From contig JBDVSG010000159.1 of the NCBI GenBank assembly GCA_039967155.1, positions 10,020 through 74,019 on the forward strand: 64,000 nucleotides of DNA, given 5' to 3'. Position 1 is the first letter of the stretch; every line of letters starts with the position of its first letter. The position numbers were made by a program, and so were the translations under genes. Origin of the DNA: Sulfitobacter sp. (GTDB lineage Bacteria > Pseudomonadota > Alphaproteobacteria > Rhodobacterales > Rhodobacteraceae). The notes under the pieces were generated by a model. That model was given only the letters and a program-made list of their open reading frames with translations, made no database searches and was not told where the DNA came from. Positions 28,777 through 38,205 of this stretch are shown in pieces.

Positions 28777-30137
28777 GCGCCGCCTTTCGGTTGGTTTGAC
28801 AGATATAAATCGCCGCCATGGGCGCGTGCCACGTCTATTGCGATCGTCAAGCCAAGGCCTGAGCCGATTGTGCCTTGGGCGTTTTTCCCGCGTTTAAATC
28901 GTGCTGCGAGTGTGTTGAGTTCTTCATCGGGAAAGCCCTTTCCACTGTCACAGACGCGGATTTGCACATTCGGCTTGGCCGATACGCTGATATCGATCCT
29001 GCCGTCATTGGGTGCGTATTTCATAGCATTATCGATCAGATTTCGAACGGCATTCTGTATCAGGACCGGATCCCCTGAATACAAAACGTGACCCTCACTT
29101 TGAAGGCACAAATCCAAGTCTTTCATTTCCGCAATTGGCGTCAGGCGAACCACTAGTTCGTGGACCAATTCAACCAGATCAACGTCCTGTCGTTCAAGGT
29201 GGTCTGCGCGAAAGGTAATCATTGCATGATCCAAAAGCTGACCCGCCGCACGGGAGCTTTCGTCGATGGCGCGTATCATAGAACGTACTGCTTGCCGGTT
29301 TTCTTCCTTGTCGACACGTTGCAATGTCGCTTCTGCATAGGACCGGACGGTGGCAAGGGGTGTGCGCACGCGGTGGGCTGCTTCGGCAATAAAATCCTCT
29401 GACTGGCTCAGCGAAAAGTCCAATCGCCCCATCAATGAATTCAGTGACGTGACGAGCGGTACCATCTCGGACGGAACCGGTTTTTCGAACGGGCGCAGGT
29501 CTTGCGGCCCGCGTCTGGTGATCGAAACAGCCAGCCCCTTCAACTGACCAATCGTCGTGGATGTCGCCCAAAACGACAGAATGGCCGCAAGCGCAAAGAA
29601 GCACGCACCGAACAGGGCTGCAGTACGTGAAATTTGATCCAGCAGGCCCGAAAGAGCATCTTGGGTCTGCGCCAACGCAACTCGAATTTGGGTACGCTTA
29701 TCACTACCAATCAGCGTGCGGTTCGCGGTGACCACGCGCATAATTTCACCTTGATGCGAAACAGAGCGGAAATCTCTCTCGCTGCCAGAGATCGTTGCTA
29801 ATGACAGCTCAGGATAGCCCGACAAAAACTGATCATCTTGATAAATTGCATAAAAGACTCGATCATCAAACGGGGTGCTTAACATCGAAAAAGAAGCGTA
29901 AGGGATATCGATCTCGACGTCACCATTCCGGATTGATGCCGCATCCAAAATCGACGTGACTGACGCACCCAGAATGTTGTCTTGCCCCTTTAGCGCAACT
30001 TGTGTCGCGTAATTGCGGATCGCAAAAAACAGCAGCAACGCAAAGATCGCTGCACCACCGATGAGCGTTAACGCCAATCGGTTTCTAAGGGACCCAGAAG
30101 TTTGCAAGCTAGGCGTCATTGTCGAGCCGATAGCCAA
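28755..30137 (-). CDS. tctE: sensor histidine kinase (TctE-like)
   Basis: Two TM segments, H-box EAAHRVRTPLA, N-box RNLIDNAMKYAP, G-boxes DSGKGFP and GSGLGLTIA. The start could instead be 30119. Confidence 0.88.
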   Translation of the reverse strand: MAIGSTMTPSLQTSGSLRNRLALTLIGGAAIFALLLFFAIRNYATQVALKGQDNILGASVTSILDAASIRNGDVEIDIPYASFSMLSTPFDDRVFYAIYQDDQFLSGYPELSLATISGSERDFRSVSHQGEIMRVVTANRTLIGSDKRTQIRVALAQTQDALSGLLDQISRTAALFGACFFALAAILSFWATSTTIGQLKGLAVSITRRGPQDLRPFEKPVPSEMVPLVTSLNSLMGRLDFSLSQSEDFIAEAAHRVRTPLATVRSYAEATLQRVDKEENRQAVRSMIRAIDESSRAAGQLLDHAMITFRADHLERQDVDLVELVHELVVRLTPIAEMKDLDLCLQSEGHVLYSGDPVLIQNAVRNLIDNAMKYAPNDGRIDISVSAKPNVQIRVCDSGKGFPDEELNTLAARFKRGKNAQGTIGSGLGLTIAIDVARAHGGDLYLSNQPKGGACALLSL

Positions 30138-30777
30138 GACCGCGCAGCGTGGTGATCTTCAGATCGGAGGGCTCCAGATGCTTGCGCAAGCGGGCGATAT
30201 AGACTTCGATCGCATTCTCCGAAGCGTCAGCGTCGTATGAAAACAACCGATCAGACAATTTTTGCTTTGAGAAGACTTGCCCAGGCGCGTTGATCAACAA
30301 TTCCAGCAGACGCAACTCGCGGTTGCGCAGCATCACTGATTGGCCCAATACGGCCATACTTCCTGCAACGGGATCAAACTCAACCCCGCCTGATTTGATG
30401 ATCGTTTGGGATTTACCCGCCTTACGCCGCAAGACGGCTCTGCACCGCGCCTCAAGTTCGGCGTGATCAAACGGTTTCGTGACGTAATCATCTGCACCAA
30501 GATCAAGCGAGCCGATTCGATCCGAGATCTGGCTCCGTGCAGTCAAAACGATGACAGGCGTGTCCAAATCGCTGGCCCTGTGGGCCTTTAAGAAGCTGCG
30601 CCCGTCACCATCAGGCAGCATGATATCGAGGAGTATCAGATCGTATTCAACAGTTTCGACAAAAGCCGCCGCATCCGCCAAAGTTGCAGCATGTTCAACA
30701 ACATGCCCGTCCAACTGCATACGTGAGGAAATGGCATTTGCGAGTTCGGGGTTATCTTCAACAAGGAGAAATTTCAT
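30109..30777 (-). CDS. tctD: OmpR-family response regulator (TctD-like)
   Basis: LLVEDNPELA...LILLDIMLPDGDG receiver plus winged-helix LRGLGYRL. Divergent from the tctCBA operon. Confidence 0.9.
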   Translation of the reverse strand: MKFLLVEDNPELANAISSRMQLDGHVVEHAATLADAAAFVETVEYDLILLDIMLPDGDGRSFLKAHRASDLDTPVIVLTARSQISDRIGSLDLGADDYVTKPFDHAELEARCRAVLRRKAGKSQTIIKSGGVEFDPVAGSMAVLGQSVMLRNRELRLLELLINAPGQVFSKQKLSDRLFSYDADASENAIEVYIARLRKHLEPSDLKITTLRGLGYRLDNDA

Positions 30778-30884
30778 GGTCTTTGATAGCCAATTATTAA
30801 CGGTGTCAGGTCTGTGTCAGGTTTCCGTGTTTTAGTTAACTCAACTGAGCCGCAAAGCGGTCAGTTGTCAAATGGGAGGATAAT

Positions 30885-31871
30885 ATGACGACTTTTAGGA
30901 TGGGCCGCAGGGCCTTGATCGCAGCGGCTGTTGCCGCGCTAAGTTTTGGGTCTACCGCTCAGGCGGATGGCCATCAGGTTCTGAACAGCATTCACTTTCT
31001 GATTCCAGGCGGCGCCGGCGGTGGCTGGGACGGCACGGCACGTGGCACGGGCGAGGCGCTGACAAAAGCGGGTCTCGTTGGCAACGCGTCTTATGAAAAC
31101 ATGTCAGGCGGCGGCGGCGGGAAGGCCATCGGTTTCCTGATCGAAAACGCAGCCAGCAACGAAGGCACGTTGATGGTCAACTCAACACCCATCGTGATCC
31201 GGTCGCTTACAGGTGTGTTTCCGCAAAGCTTTCGTGACCTGACATTGGTTGCAGGTACGATCGGCGATTATGCCGCAATTGTTGTGGGCAAAGACAGCCC
31301 CGTTAACAACATGTCAGACCTGCTGGCAGCCTTTGATGCAGACCCGTCAGCAACCGCCATCGGCGGCGGATCGGTGCCAGGCGGCATGGATCACCTAGTT
31401 GCAGCAATGGCCATGGAAGCTGCAGGCAAAGATGCGCTCGATGTGAAGTACATTCCATACGATGCAGGCGGTAAAGCCATGGCAGCGGTGCTTTCGGGTG
31501 AAATTGCAGCCTTGTCCACGGGTCTGTCCGAGGCCATCGATTTGGCAAATGCCGGTGAAGTAAAGATCATCGGTGTAACATCAGACGAGCGGGTGCCAGC
31601 GGCAGCTGACGCGATGACTATGAAAGAACAAGGCATCGACATGAGCTTTGTGAACTGGCGCGGCTTCTTCGGTGCTCCGGGTCTGTCTGCTGAGAAAACC
31701 GCAGCCTATCAAGATGCAATTGCCAAGATGTACGACACGCCTGAGTGGGAAACAGTTCGTGCGCGCAATGGTTGGGTCAACATCCACAATCCCGGCGACG
31801 ACTTCAAAGCGTTTCTTGAGAACCAAGAGCAAGTCATCGGTGATTTGATGAAGAAACTGGGCTTCTTGTAA
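30885..31871 (+). CDS. tctC: tripartite tricarboxylate transporter substrate-binding protein
   Basis: 328 aa with a signal peptide and PGGAGGGWDGTARG Bug-family motif. Confidence 0.9.
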   Translation: MTTFRMGRRALIAAAVAALSFGSTAQADGHQVLNSIHFLIPGGAGGGWDGTARGTGEALTKAGLVGNASYENMSGGGGGKAIGFLIENAASNEGTLMVNSTPIVIRSLTGVFPQSFRDLTLVAGTIGDYAAIVVGKDSPVNNMSDLLAAFDADPSATAIGGGSVPGGMDHLVAAMAMEAAGKDALDVKYIPYDAGGKAMAAVLSGEIAALSTGLSEAIDLANAGEVKIIGVTSDERVPAAADAMTMKEQGIDMSFVNWRGFFGAPGLSAEKTAAYQDAIAKMYDTPEWETVRARNGWVNIHNPGDDFKAFLENQEQVIGDLMKKLGFL

Positions 31872-31885
31872 GCGCAAACCGATCA

Positions 31886-31916
31886 GGCAGAGCGGTCCGC
31901 CGCTCTGCCATTTTTA
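31886..31916 (+). terminator. intra-operon hairpin/attenuating terminator between tctC and tctB
   Basis: ggcagagcgg tccg ccgctctgcc is a perfect 10-bp stem followed by attttt. Confidence 0.7.
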
Positions 31917-31934
31917 CTTTGGGGGGAGAAGAAC

Positions 31935-32420
31935 ATGGCATTGGATCGTTGGATCGCACTGATACTCTTGGGCATATGTCTGGTATACGGCTATACGGCA
32001 TGGTTCACGATGGACGCGGGCCTTGCCCCCTTTATGAAGCGAAACCCGATTTGGCCAAGCACGTTTCCCAAAGTGTTGTCCATTCTCGGCATCATTGCCT
32101 GTCTGGCCATTCTTTCAGGTGTTGAAAAAACCCCGACCAAAGAGCCCGAGATCGATTATCGCCGCCTTCACGAATACAAACTCGGTCAAGCGATCCTGCT
32201 GCTGGCTTTGATGGTCACATATGCTCTGTGCCTGCGCCCCGTCGGTTTTATCTTTTCAACTACGGCATTCCTGTTCATTGGCGCATTTGTTCTGGGGGAA
32301 CGTAAGTGGGTCCTGATGATCAGTGTTGCTGTGATTGCAACGATGATCGTCTGGTATCTGGTTCAGGAAGTTTTGGGCATCTATATGCGCCCACTGCCTG
32401 GCTTTTTGGTCGGTAATTAG
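31935..32420 (+). CDS. tctB: tripartite tricarboxylate transporter small subunit
   Basis: 161-aa 4-TM protein between tctC and tctA. Confidence 0.8.
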   Translation: MALDRWIALILLGICLVYGYTAWFTMDAGLAPFMKRNPIWPSTFPKVLSILGIIACLAILSGVEKTPTKEPEIDYRRLHEYKLGQAILLLALMVTYALCLRPVGFIFSTTAFLFIGAFVLGERKWVLMISVAVIATMIVWYLVQEVLGIYMRPLPGFLVGN

Positions 32421-32431
32421 GAGCAAATGGT

Positions 32432-33943
32432 ATGCTAGAAGGACTTCTCATCGGCCTGCAAACGGCAATGTCATTCCAAAACCTCGCGATGGTCATTGCG
32501 GGTTGTTTGATCGGCACATTCATCGGCATGTTGCCGGGACTTGGCCCTATGTCAATTATCGCGATCATGATCCCCATCGCGATCTCAATGGGCGATCCAT
32601 CAGCCGCCTTAATCCTCCTTGCAGGAGTATATTACGGGGCGATCTTCGGTGGCTCTACCTCGTCAATCCTACTCAATGCCCCCGGCGTGGCGGGGACTGT
32701 CGCATCCAGTTTTGATGGCTACCCAATGGCTCAACAGGGCAAGGCAGGCAAAGCGCTGACCATCGCCGCAGTGAGCAGCTTTGCGGGTGGCACAATTGGC
32801 GCAATTTTATTGATGATCTTCGCACCGATGTTGTCGTCTGTGGCCCTGCTGTTCCATTCAGCGGAATACTTCGCACTGATGGTTGTGGGCCTGTCGGCCA
32901 TCGCGGCATTCGCAGGCACTGGCCAAGTCGCCAAGGCGATGATCATGACGGTCTTTGGCCTGATCATGGCAACGGTTGGTGAAGGCGCATTATTCAATCT
33001 ACCGCGATTTACTGGCGGGGTCATGGACCTGCAGTCAGGTTTTGGCTTTATCACTCTGGCCATGGCAATGTTCGCCTTGCCCGAAGCTTTGTTCCTTGTC
33101 CTCAAACCCAAAGAAGCAGGCACCGCAGACGGCGAAATCAAAGATCTTCGCATTACGCGGACAGAAGCGCGATCCATTGCGCCGATCATCGGACGCCAGT
33201 CCATTCAGGGTTTTTTCATTGGCGTATTGCCTGGCGCAGGGGCAACAATCGCCAGCTTCTTAGGCTATGCAGTTGAACGCAACCTTGCCACCAAAGAAGA
33301 GCAGGCCCAGTTTGGTAAAGGGGCGATCAAAGGCCTCGCCGCGCCCGAGACGGCAAATAACGCCGCTTGCACTGGCTCTTTCGTACCGCTGTTGACGTTG
33401 GGCATCCCCGGCTCTGGCACCACAGCGATCCTTCTCGGTGCGCTCATCGCCCTGAACGTCTCACCCGGGCCGCGACTGATGATCGATGAGCCGCAAATTT
33501 TCTGGGCGGTGATCATGTCGATGTTTATCGGCAATCTGGTTCTGCTAATTTTGAACCTCCCTCTAATCCCTTACATCGCCAAAGTCCTGTCGATCCCACG
33601 CAATTTCCTGATCCCATTCATTTTGTTCTTTACCTTGATGGGCGCATACATCGGTCAAAACAACGCAACGGAGTTACTCATCCTAGTGGGCTTTGGCGTC
33701 TGTGCGACGGCATTGAAATTCGCAGATTATCCTTTGGCACCTCTGTTGATTGGCTTCATCTTGGGTGGCATGTTGGAAAACAACTTTGCGCGTTCGATGC
33801 AACTTTACGACGGCGTATCCTTCATTTGGGAGCGTCCTATGACGCTCGGTTTGCTGATTATCGCAGCGATCCTAATCGTCTTGCCCAGCTACAGGGCAAG
33901 ACGAGCGCGGGCCCGTGCTGATGGTGTTGCAGATGGAGACTAA
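32432..33943 (+). CDS. tctA: tripartite tricarboxylate transporter large permease
   Basis: 503 aa, paralogous to 10390..11886 (GMLPGLGP, LGIPGSGTTAILLGA). Confidence 0.9.
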   Translation: MLEGLLIGLQTAMSFQNLAMVIAGCLIGTFIGMLPGLGPMSIIAIMIPIAISMGDPSAALILLAGVYYGAIFGGSTSSILLNAPGVAGTVASSFDGYPMAQQGKAGKALTIAAVSSFAGGTIGAILLMIFAPMLSSVALLFHSAEYFALMVVGLSAIAAFAGTGQVAKAMIMTVFGLIMATVGEGALFNLPRFTGGVMDLQSGFGFITLAMAMFALPEALFLVLKPKEAGTADGEIKDLRITRTEARSIAPIIGRQSIQGFFIGVLPGAGATIASFLGYAVERNLATKEEQAQFGKGAIKGLAAPETANNAACTGSFVPLLTLGIPGSGTTAILLGALIALNVSPGPRLMIDEPQIFWAVIMSMFIGNLVLLILNLPLIPYIAKVLSIPRNFLIPFILFFTLMGAYIGQNNATELLILVGFGVCATALKFADYPLAPLLIGFILGGMLENNFARSMQLYDGVSFIWERPMTLGLLIIAAILIVLPSYRARRARARADGVADGD

Positions 33944-33973
33944 CGTTCTGTCTAGCGTCTGCACTGCCTAAGC

Positions 33974-34325
33974 TCTGCCACGGTGATGCCCCCACCAAAA
34001 CAAGAGGCCAGCAAAACTACCTGGCAGCTGACGACGCCGACGCATTTCATTCCAAGTTCAAGACCCCGCAGACGATGGCCTATCTATATGGACTCAGCTG
34101 GCAAAGTCTTGGCGCAGAGTTAAGGCCAAAGGGTGAAAATCCGTTTTCCCCAAATGGGGAAGTTAATGGCAGCCTATTTCTGCGGAGCGATGCTGCCAGA
34201 GCGATCAAGTAACAGACTGAGATTATGAAAAAAGGACGGTACTCATTGCACCGTCCTTTTTTGTTGTTCCCAGAACAAGTCCTAAAACGGCTTTTCAGAT
34301 AACCTATGGTGTGATTCACGGAAAA
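33974..34325 (+). repeat. copy 0 of tniQ-3'-end / terminator / element-end module (tniQ fragment pseudogene; outermost ~18 bp missing)
   Basis: Aligns with 61886-62240. Translates ...DADAFHSKFKTPQTMAYLYGLSWQSLGAELRPKGENPFSPNGEVNGSLFLRSDAARAIK*, compared with the TniQ C-terminus ...DADAFHSKFMTPRTMAKEYGRSWQSLGAELRSKGVNPFSPNGEVYGSLFLRSDVAKEIQ*. Followed by a hairpin (34234-34256) and cctatggtgtgattcacggaaaa. Confidence 0.85.
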
Positions 34326-34356
34326 ATGGGCATTGATTTCATTAGGTAATTAACAC

Positions 34357-34400
34357 TGTGTCACAGCATATCTTTTCTTTTGAACACGATACCTTTTCCG
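34357..34400. repeat. imperfect terminal inverted repeat (left-end-like) matching the reverse complement of the tniQ-proximal ends
   Basis: tgtgtcacagcatatcttttcttttgaacacgataccttttccgg compared with rc(62209-62258) tgtcagtcacagcataccttttccgtgaatcacaccataggttttccg. The TGT terminus, gtcacagcata and cttttc blocks, and a second ttttccg block are shared. Confidence 0.65.
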
Positions 34401-34681
34401 GAGCAATTGTCCAATTCGGTGGTCTTTCACTTCCCGCAATTCATGGGGAAATCTGGAACCCACTCCAAGTAGGGCTGCAAAGTCAAACTTGTCCTCATAC
34501 GAAAGCAAAAGCGCGGCTGTACCAGTTACAGTCCCACTCTCCATTGATCAAAGGCCCCTACCCACTCCCCTTTCCGGATTTTCACTGCGCTTAACATTAA
34601 GGTCCCCCATGCGTGACTTTTCAGATCGTCATCGCAACTGTTCGAATGATTGGTATCAGGGATTTAAGAAACGTACTAATT

Positions 34682-35416
34682 TTAGAGGCTGCGTCCAAGC
34701 AGTGCCAATGCCGACAAGGTTGCCAGTCCAAGTGCCCATGGCCGAATTGCACCCCGCTCGAAGCGAGTGGCCAGTGGGCGAGACGCCCAAAGAGCAACTG
34801 GAACCAAGGGTGCGAGTGACGCCGCAAACGTAAGCTGTGGCAGCGTGAGAACGCCTGCCATGGATAACGCAACAATAGCTACCAGCGTTCCAAAACCGTA
34901 AAAGGCATTTTGAGTAGCAGCAGCCCTTCGTGTCTCGACATTGGCGTATAAAATGGCCATTGGAAGTGCCCCGATACCGGTAAGCGTTCCCATCACTCCA
35001 CTGACACCACCAGCAGTAAAGAGAGACCTGTTGGAAATAGGGAATGACCGCCCTAGTACGGTCAAGCCAACGGCAAAAAGCACGACTGAGCCAACAATGA
35101 TCGTTAGCGCATCCGTACCGACAACAGCCGTAGCGATGTATGCGGCAATTCCAGCACCGAAGATGCGGCCCGTAAATCCGGCTGGTAAGTCCCGCCACTG
35201 AACAGCATCGCGGCTACTCAAAAGCGACCCCGAGCCGATCAGGAACCCGACGAGGACAACTGTTCCAGGCAACCATTCGGGTGCGACCATCGCCATAACT
35301 GGCGCTGCAAACATTCCGTAGCCTGCCCCAGATAGCCGCTGAACAAGGGTCCCGACGAAGACTGTTATGGCACAAACAAGCCAAGGTGCGATTTCTGGCA
35401 GTAATGTAAGTGGCAT
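34682..35416 (-). CDS. TauE/SafE (TSUP) family anion exporter
   Basis: ORF trimmed to ATG 35416. Polytopic, with the VQRLSGAGYGMFAAPVM motif typical of TSUP proteins. Confidence 0.78.
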   Translation of the reverse strand: MPLTLLPEIAPWLVCAITVFVGTLVQRLSGAGYGMFAAPVMAMVAPEWLPGTVVLVGFLIGSGSLLSSRDAVQWRDLPAGFTGRIFGAGIAAYIATAVVGTDALTIIVGSVVLFAVGLTVLGRSFPISNRSLFTAGGVSGVMGTLTGIGALPMAILYANVETRRAAATQNAFYGFGTLVAIVALSMAGVLTLPQLTFAASLAPLVPVALWASRPLATRFERGAIRPWALGLATLSALALLGRSL

Positions 35417-35628
35417 TCTAAAACGTCTCTCTATCTGCAACACTTGATAATCATCCATGGAAATAGAGGTCATTTATCCATAGCGCAGCATCGGTCAGAA
35501 TGGGCTCGAAGCCGGTTCTGTGCGACTGAATGGTTGTTTTACGAACCTAATCAATTCTGGGGCACTTGACATGATACCGTTTGGCTTTATAAAAAGTGAT
35601 ACCATAAGGTATTACTTTAGGAATCGTA

Positions 35629-36054
35629 ATGAAAAACCTATTCAAGACCGCAGCAGTCGCGGTGATATCTACAACTGCATCCGTAACAGCAGAACCGATC
35701 ACACTTTTGGGCCCTAGTGACTTCGCATGGAAGACAACGCCCGAGGGGGTTGCATTTGCGTCCTTGCAGGGGGACAGGTTCGCGGAAGCCTACCAAGCAC
35801 TGGTGAAGCTTCCCGCAGGAACTGTTAGTCCGCCGCATGTTAAGACCGCCAATATGTATGGGGTCATGCTGCAAGGCGAAATGATCCACTACCTAAGTGA
35901 CGAAGATCCAGCGGCCGCGCGCAAAATGGGTCCTGGCTCGTTCTACAGCATCAACAGTGGCGCAGCACATGTTTCCGCCTGCGTCTCTGAAACACCCTGC
36001 ATTGCATATCTGTATCAGGATGGTGCCTTCGATTTTCTGCCGGTGTCACAATGA
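35629..36054 (+). CDS. secreted cupin-like protein (DUF4437-like)
   Basis: 141 aa with a signal peptide. KLPAGTVSPPHVKTANMYGVMLQGEM is cupin-like. Confidence 0.6.
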   Translation: MKNLFKTAAVAVISTTASVTAEPITLLGPSDFAWKTTPEGVAFASLQGDRFAEAYQALVKLPAGTVSPPHVKTANMYGVMLQGEMIHYLSDEDPAAARKMGPGSFYSINSGAAHVSACVSETPCIAYLYQDGAFDFLPVSQ

Positions 36055-36371
36055 CCGAGCAAGAGCAGTTAGGGTTCCGCGCGCTTGCTGACCCGACCCG
36101 GCGACATATCCTTCAGTTGCTTGCGACGAATAATATGACGATTGCGGAAGTCGCGGAGAACTTTGACATGACCCGAGCCGCGGTCAAAAAACACCTGACC
36201 ATCTTGAACGAAGGCAACCTTATTTCGGTTCAGGTGGACGGAAGAACGCGCATGAACGCGCTTAACCCAGATGGGCTGAGGCATCTGTTTGACTGGTTCA
36301 GTTACTTCGACGGGTTCTGGGATGGCCACCTCGAAAAACTCAAATTTGAAATTGAAAAGGACATGCAATGA
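36051..36371 (+). CDS. ArsR/SmtB family transcriptional regulator
   Basis: FRALADPTRRHILQLL...MTIAEVAENFDMTRAAVKKHLTIL is the classic ArsR HTH. ATGA overlaps on both sides. Confidence 0.9.
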   Translation: MTEQEQLGFRALADPTRRHILQLLATNNMTIAEVAENFDMTRAAVKKHLTILNEGNLISVQVDGRTRMNALNPDGLRHLFDWFSYFDGFWDGHLEKLKFEIEKDMQ

Positions 36372-36781
36372 CCGACACGGTTCTACAAAAATCCATCTAC
36401 CTCAAGGCGACGCCTGCGCAGGTGTGGGCGTATCTGACGGAACCTGCGAAACTTGCTATCTGGTTCCACAAACCCAAAACCGCTTTGGTCGAAGGTGAAT
36501 ACGAAATGTTCGGTGCCGAAAGCGGTGACAAACTTATGTGGGGCGAAGTGCTCCTCGCCGAACCATTCTCGCGGCTGGAATATACGTTTTCTATTGCTCC
36601 AATGGGGGACACGGTCAGTACGGTAAGATGGCACTTGGAAGAAGTGGCAGGCGGGACAAGACTTTCGCTAAGACACGAAGGCCTTCCACAGGGCGAAGAA
36701 GCATTCGGCCTGACATTAGCGCTGGATAAAGGTTGGGACGATCACTTGGCCCGCATGCGGGCTTCTGCCCACGACGATTGA
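36368..36781 (+). CDS. SRPBCC/AHSA1-domain protein
   Basis: 137 aa (VWAYLTEPAKLAIWF...). Usual partner of ArsR-type regulators. Confidence 0.8.
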   Translation: MTDTVLQKSIYLKATPAQVWAYLTEPAKLAIWFHKPKTALVEGEYEMFGAESGDKLMWGEVLLAEPFSRLEYTFSIAPMGDTVSTVRWHLEEVAGGTRLSLRHEGLPQGEEAFGLTLALDKGWDDHLARMRASAHDD

Positions 36782-36918
36782 GGCTCTCTGTTGCCGACTT
36801 TGATAGCACTTTAGCTCGGGTCGGCAACAAACCCACCAACAAGCAAATACCAGAGCGGGATTTGGCTGGATTGCTTAACCTTGGGCCCGCCCCTGCCTTC
36901 CGCAAAACCTGCTATCTC

Positions 36919-36952
36919 ATCGATCAGTTCAATATATCGATCAGTTCAATAT
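36919..36952 (+). repeat. perfect 17-bp x2 tandem duplication
   Basis: atcgatcagttcaatat occurs at 36919-36935 and again at 36936-36952, in a non-coding stretch. Confidence 0.95.
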
Positions 36953-37209
36953 TCTGTCCTTCTTAGGGGGCTTGACCCTTCAGTCGGGCCCACCAGCAAA
37001 ACGCGTCTACTGGTGCTGCATACGCCCCGATTTTGCGGTGATTGGCCGCATCTGGTAAAAAATTTGGTCGTTGTGACATCTTGCATGCGTTGACTTCCTG
37101 GGTGGGAACGCCCCCTCTTCCAAATACCGTCGTTCGGCCCCAACGGTACTGGTGAGCGGAGTGTCCCCGCAAAGTTGGCAAGACCAACCTTTTTGAAAGC
37201 CTCAGGACA

Positions 37210-38190
37210 TTAGAGCTCAGGAGCGCGCTGCATTTCGGTTTCATCCTCGCGGGAAAAATCCGGCATTGGTGCGCGGTTTACCGAAAATTCGAACAAGTCA
37301 CTGCGGTTATAATGCCCGCCGACATCCGAGGCTACTTTTGCTCCACGTATTGTTTTGGGGTCTACCTCGTGCACCAAAATCTCTTCGCCCGTTGCGGGTC
37401 CGGCAATCACTTCACCGCGGGCATCGATGATATAGCTGTCGCCGGTATGCTCAAATGACAAAAGGCTCTGAAACTCTTCAGGAACTGCCGCGGCGGATCG
37501 CAACCCGCCAACGCAAACAACATAGGCTGCAGCCTGAGACGCAAACGCCCGACTGAGCAACAGCTGCCTAGAGGACAAAGAGGCAGGAGCCGCAGGCGCT
37601 TGGGCAACTTCCATACCAGGCCACAAAGAGAAATGGACCTGCGTGCCTTGTTGCATCAACGCGTATCCTGGCAAAACGGTATTATGCTCCCAACAACACA
37701 ACGCGCTAAGGCGCCCGTAGGGGCGTTCATACACAACAAGCCCAGAGGCATCCCCATCAGACCAGACAACGCGCTCCTGCATCGTTGGCCGCGTTTTGCG
37801 ATGACGGCCTAAAATCTCACCCTGATTGGATATCATCAAGATTGTGCAATAGACCGATCCATGGGTGCGGGGTTCTCGCTCTACAACCCCAATGACCACA
37901 TCAATATTGGCAGCCTTGGCCGCGTCGCACAGCCGATCTGTTTCGGGCCCTGGAATGACAATCGATTGTTCCAGATACCGCGCGGCTGCTTCCCACCACA
38001 AAGGGGATAGTCCCTCCATGGCGAAAAAGCAGTGTCCGGGCAGCCAAGTCTCTGAAAAACCGGCAACGACCGCCCCCGTTTTCCCTGCCTCGGAGATCAA
38101 CCCGCAAGCTTTTTCCAAAGACTTCTGAACATCCATAAAAACAGGCGCAGATTGGATCGCTGCAACCTTGAACGGAGTTTGGGAAATCAT
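37210..38190 (-). CDS. nitrilase (carbon-nitrogen hydrolase superfamily)
   Basis: 326 aa with Glu-Lys-Cys triad contexts FSETW, HRKTRPT and LCCWEH. Confidence 0.9.
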   Translation of the reverse strand: MISQTPFKVAAIQSAPVFMDVQKSLEKACGLISEAGKTGAVVAGFSETWLPGHCFFAMEGLSPLWWEAAARYLEQSIVIPGPETDRLCDAAKAANIDVVIGVVEREPRTHGSVYCTILMISNQGEILGRHRKTRPTMQERVVWSDGDASGLVVYERPYGRLSALCCWEHNTVLPGYALMQQGTQVHFSLWPGMEVAQAPAAPASLSSRQLLLSRAFASQAAAYVVCVGGLRSAAAVPEEFQSLLSFEHTGDSYIIDARGEVIAGPATGEEILVHEVDPKTIRGAKVASDVGGHYNRSDLFEFSVNRAPMPDFSREDETEMQRAPEL

Positions 38191-38205
38191 GTTTTATCCT
38201 TTAGA

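Noticed and set aside
34656-35198. 180-aa alternative-frame ORF inside the TauE/SafE gene
   Set aside because: It is on the same strand but out of frame with a well-formed polytopic membrane ORF. Its composition is Cys/Trp/Arg-rich.
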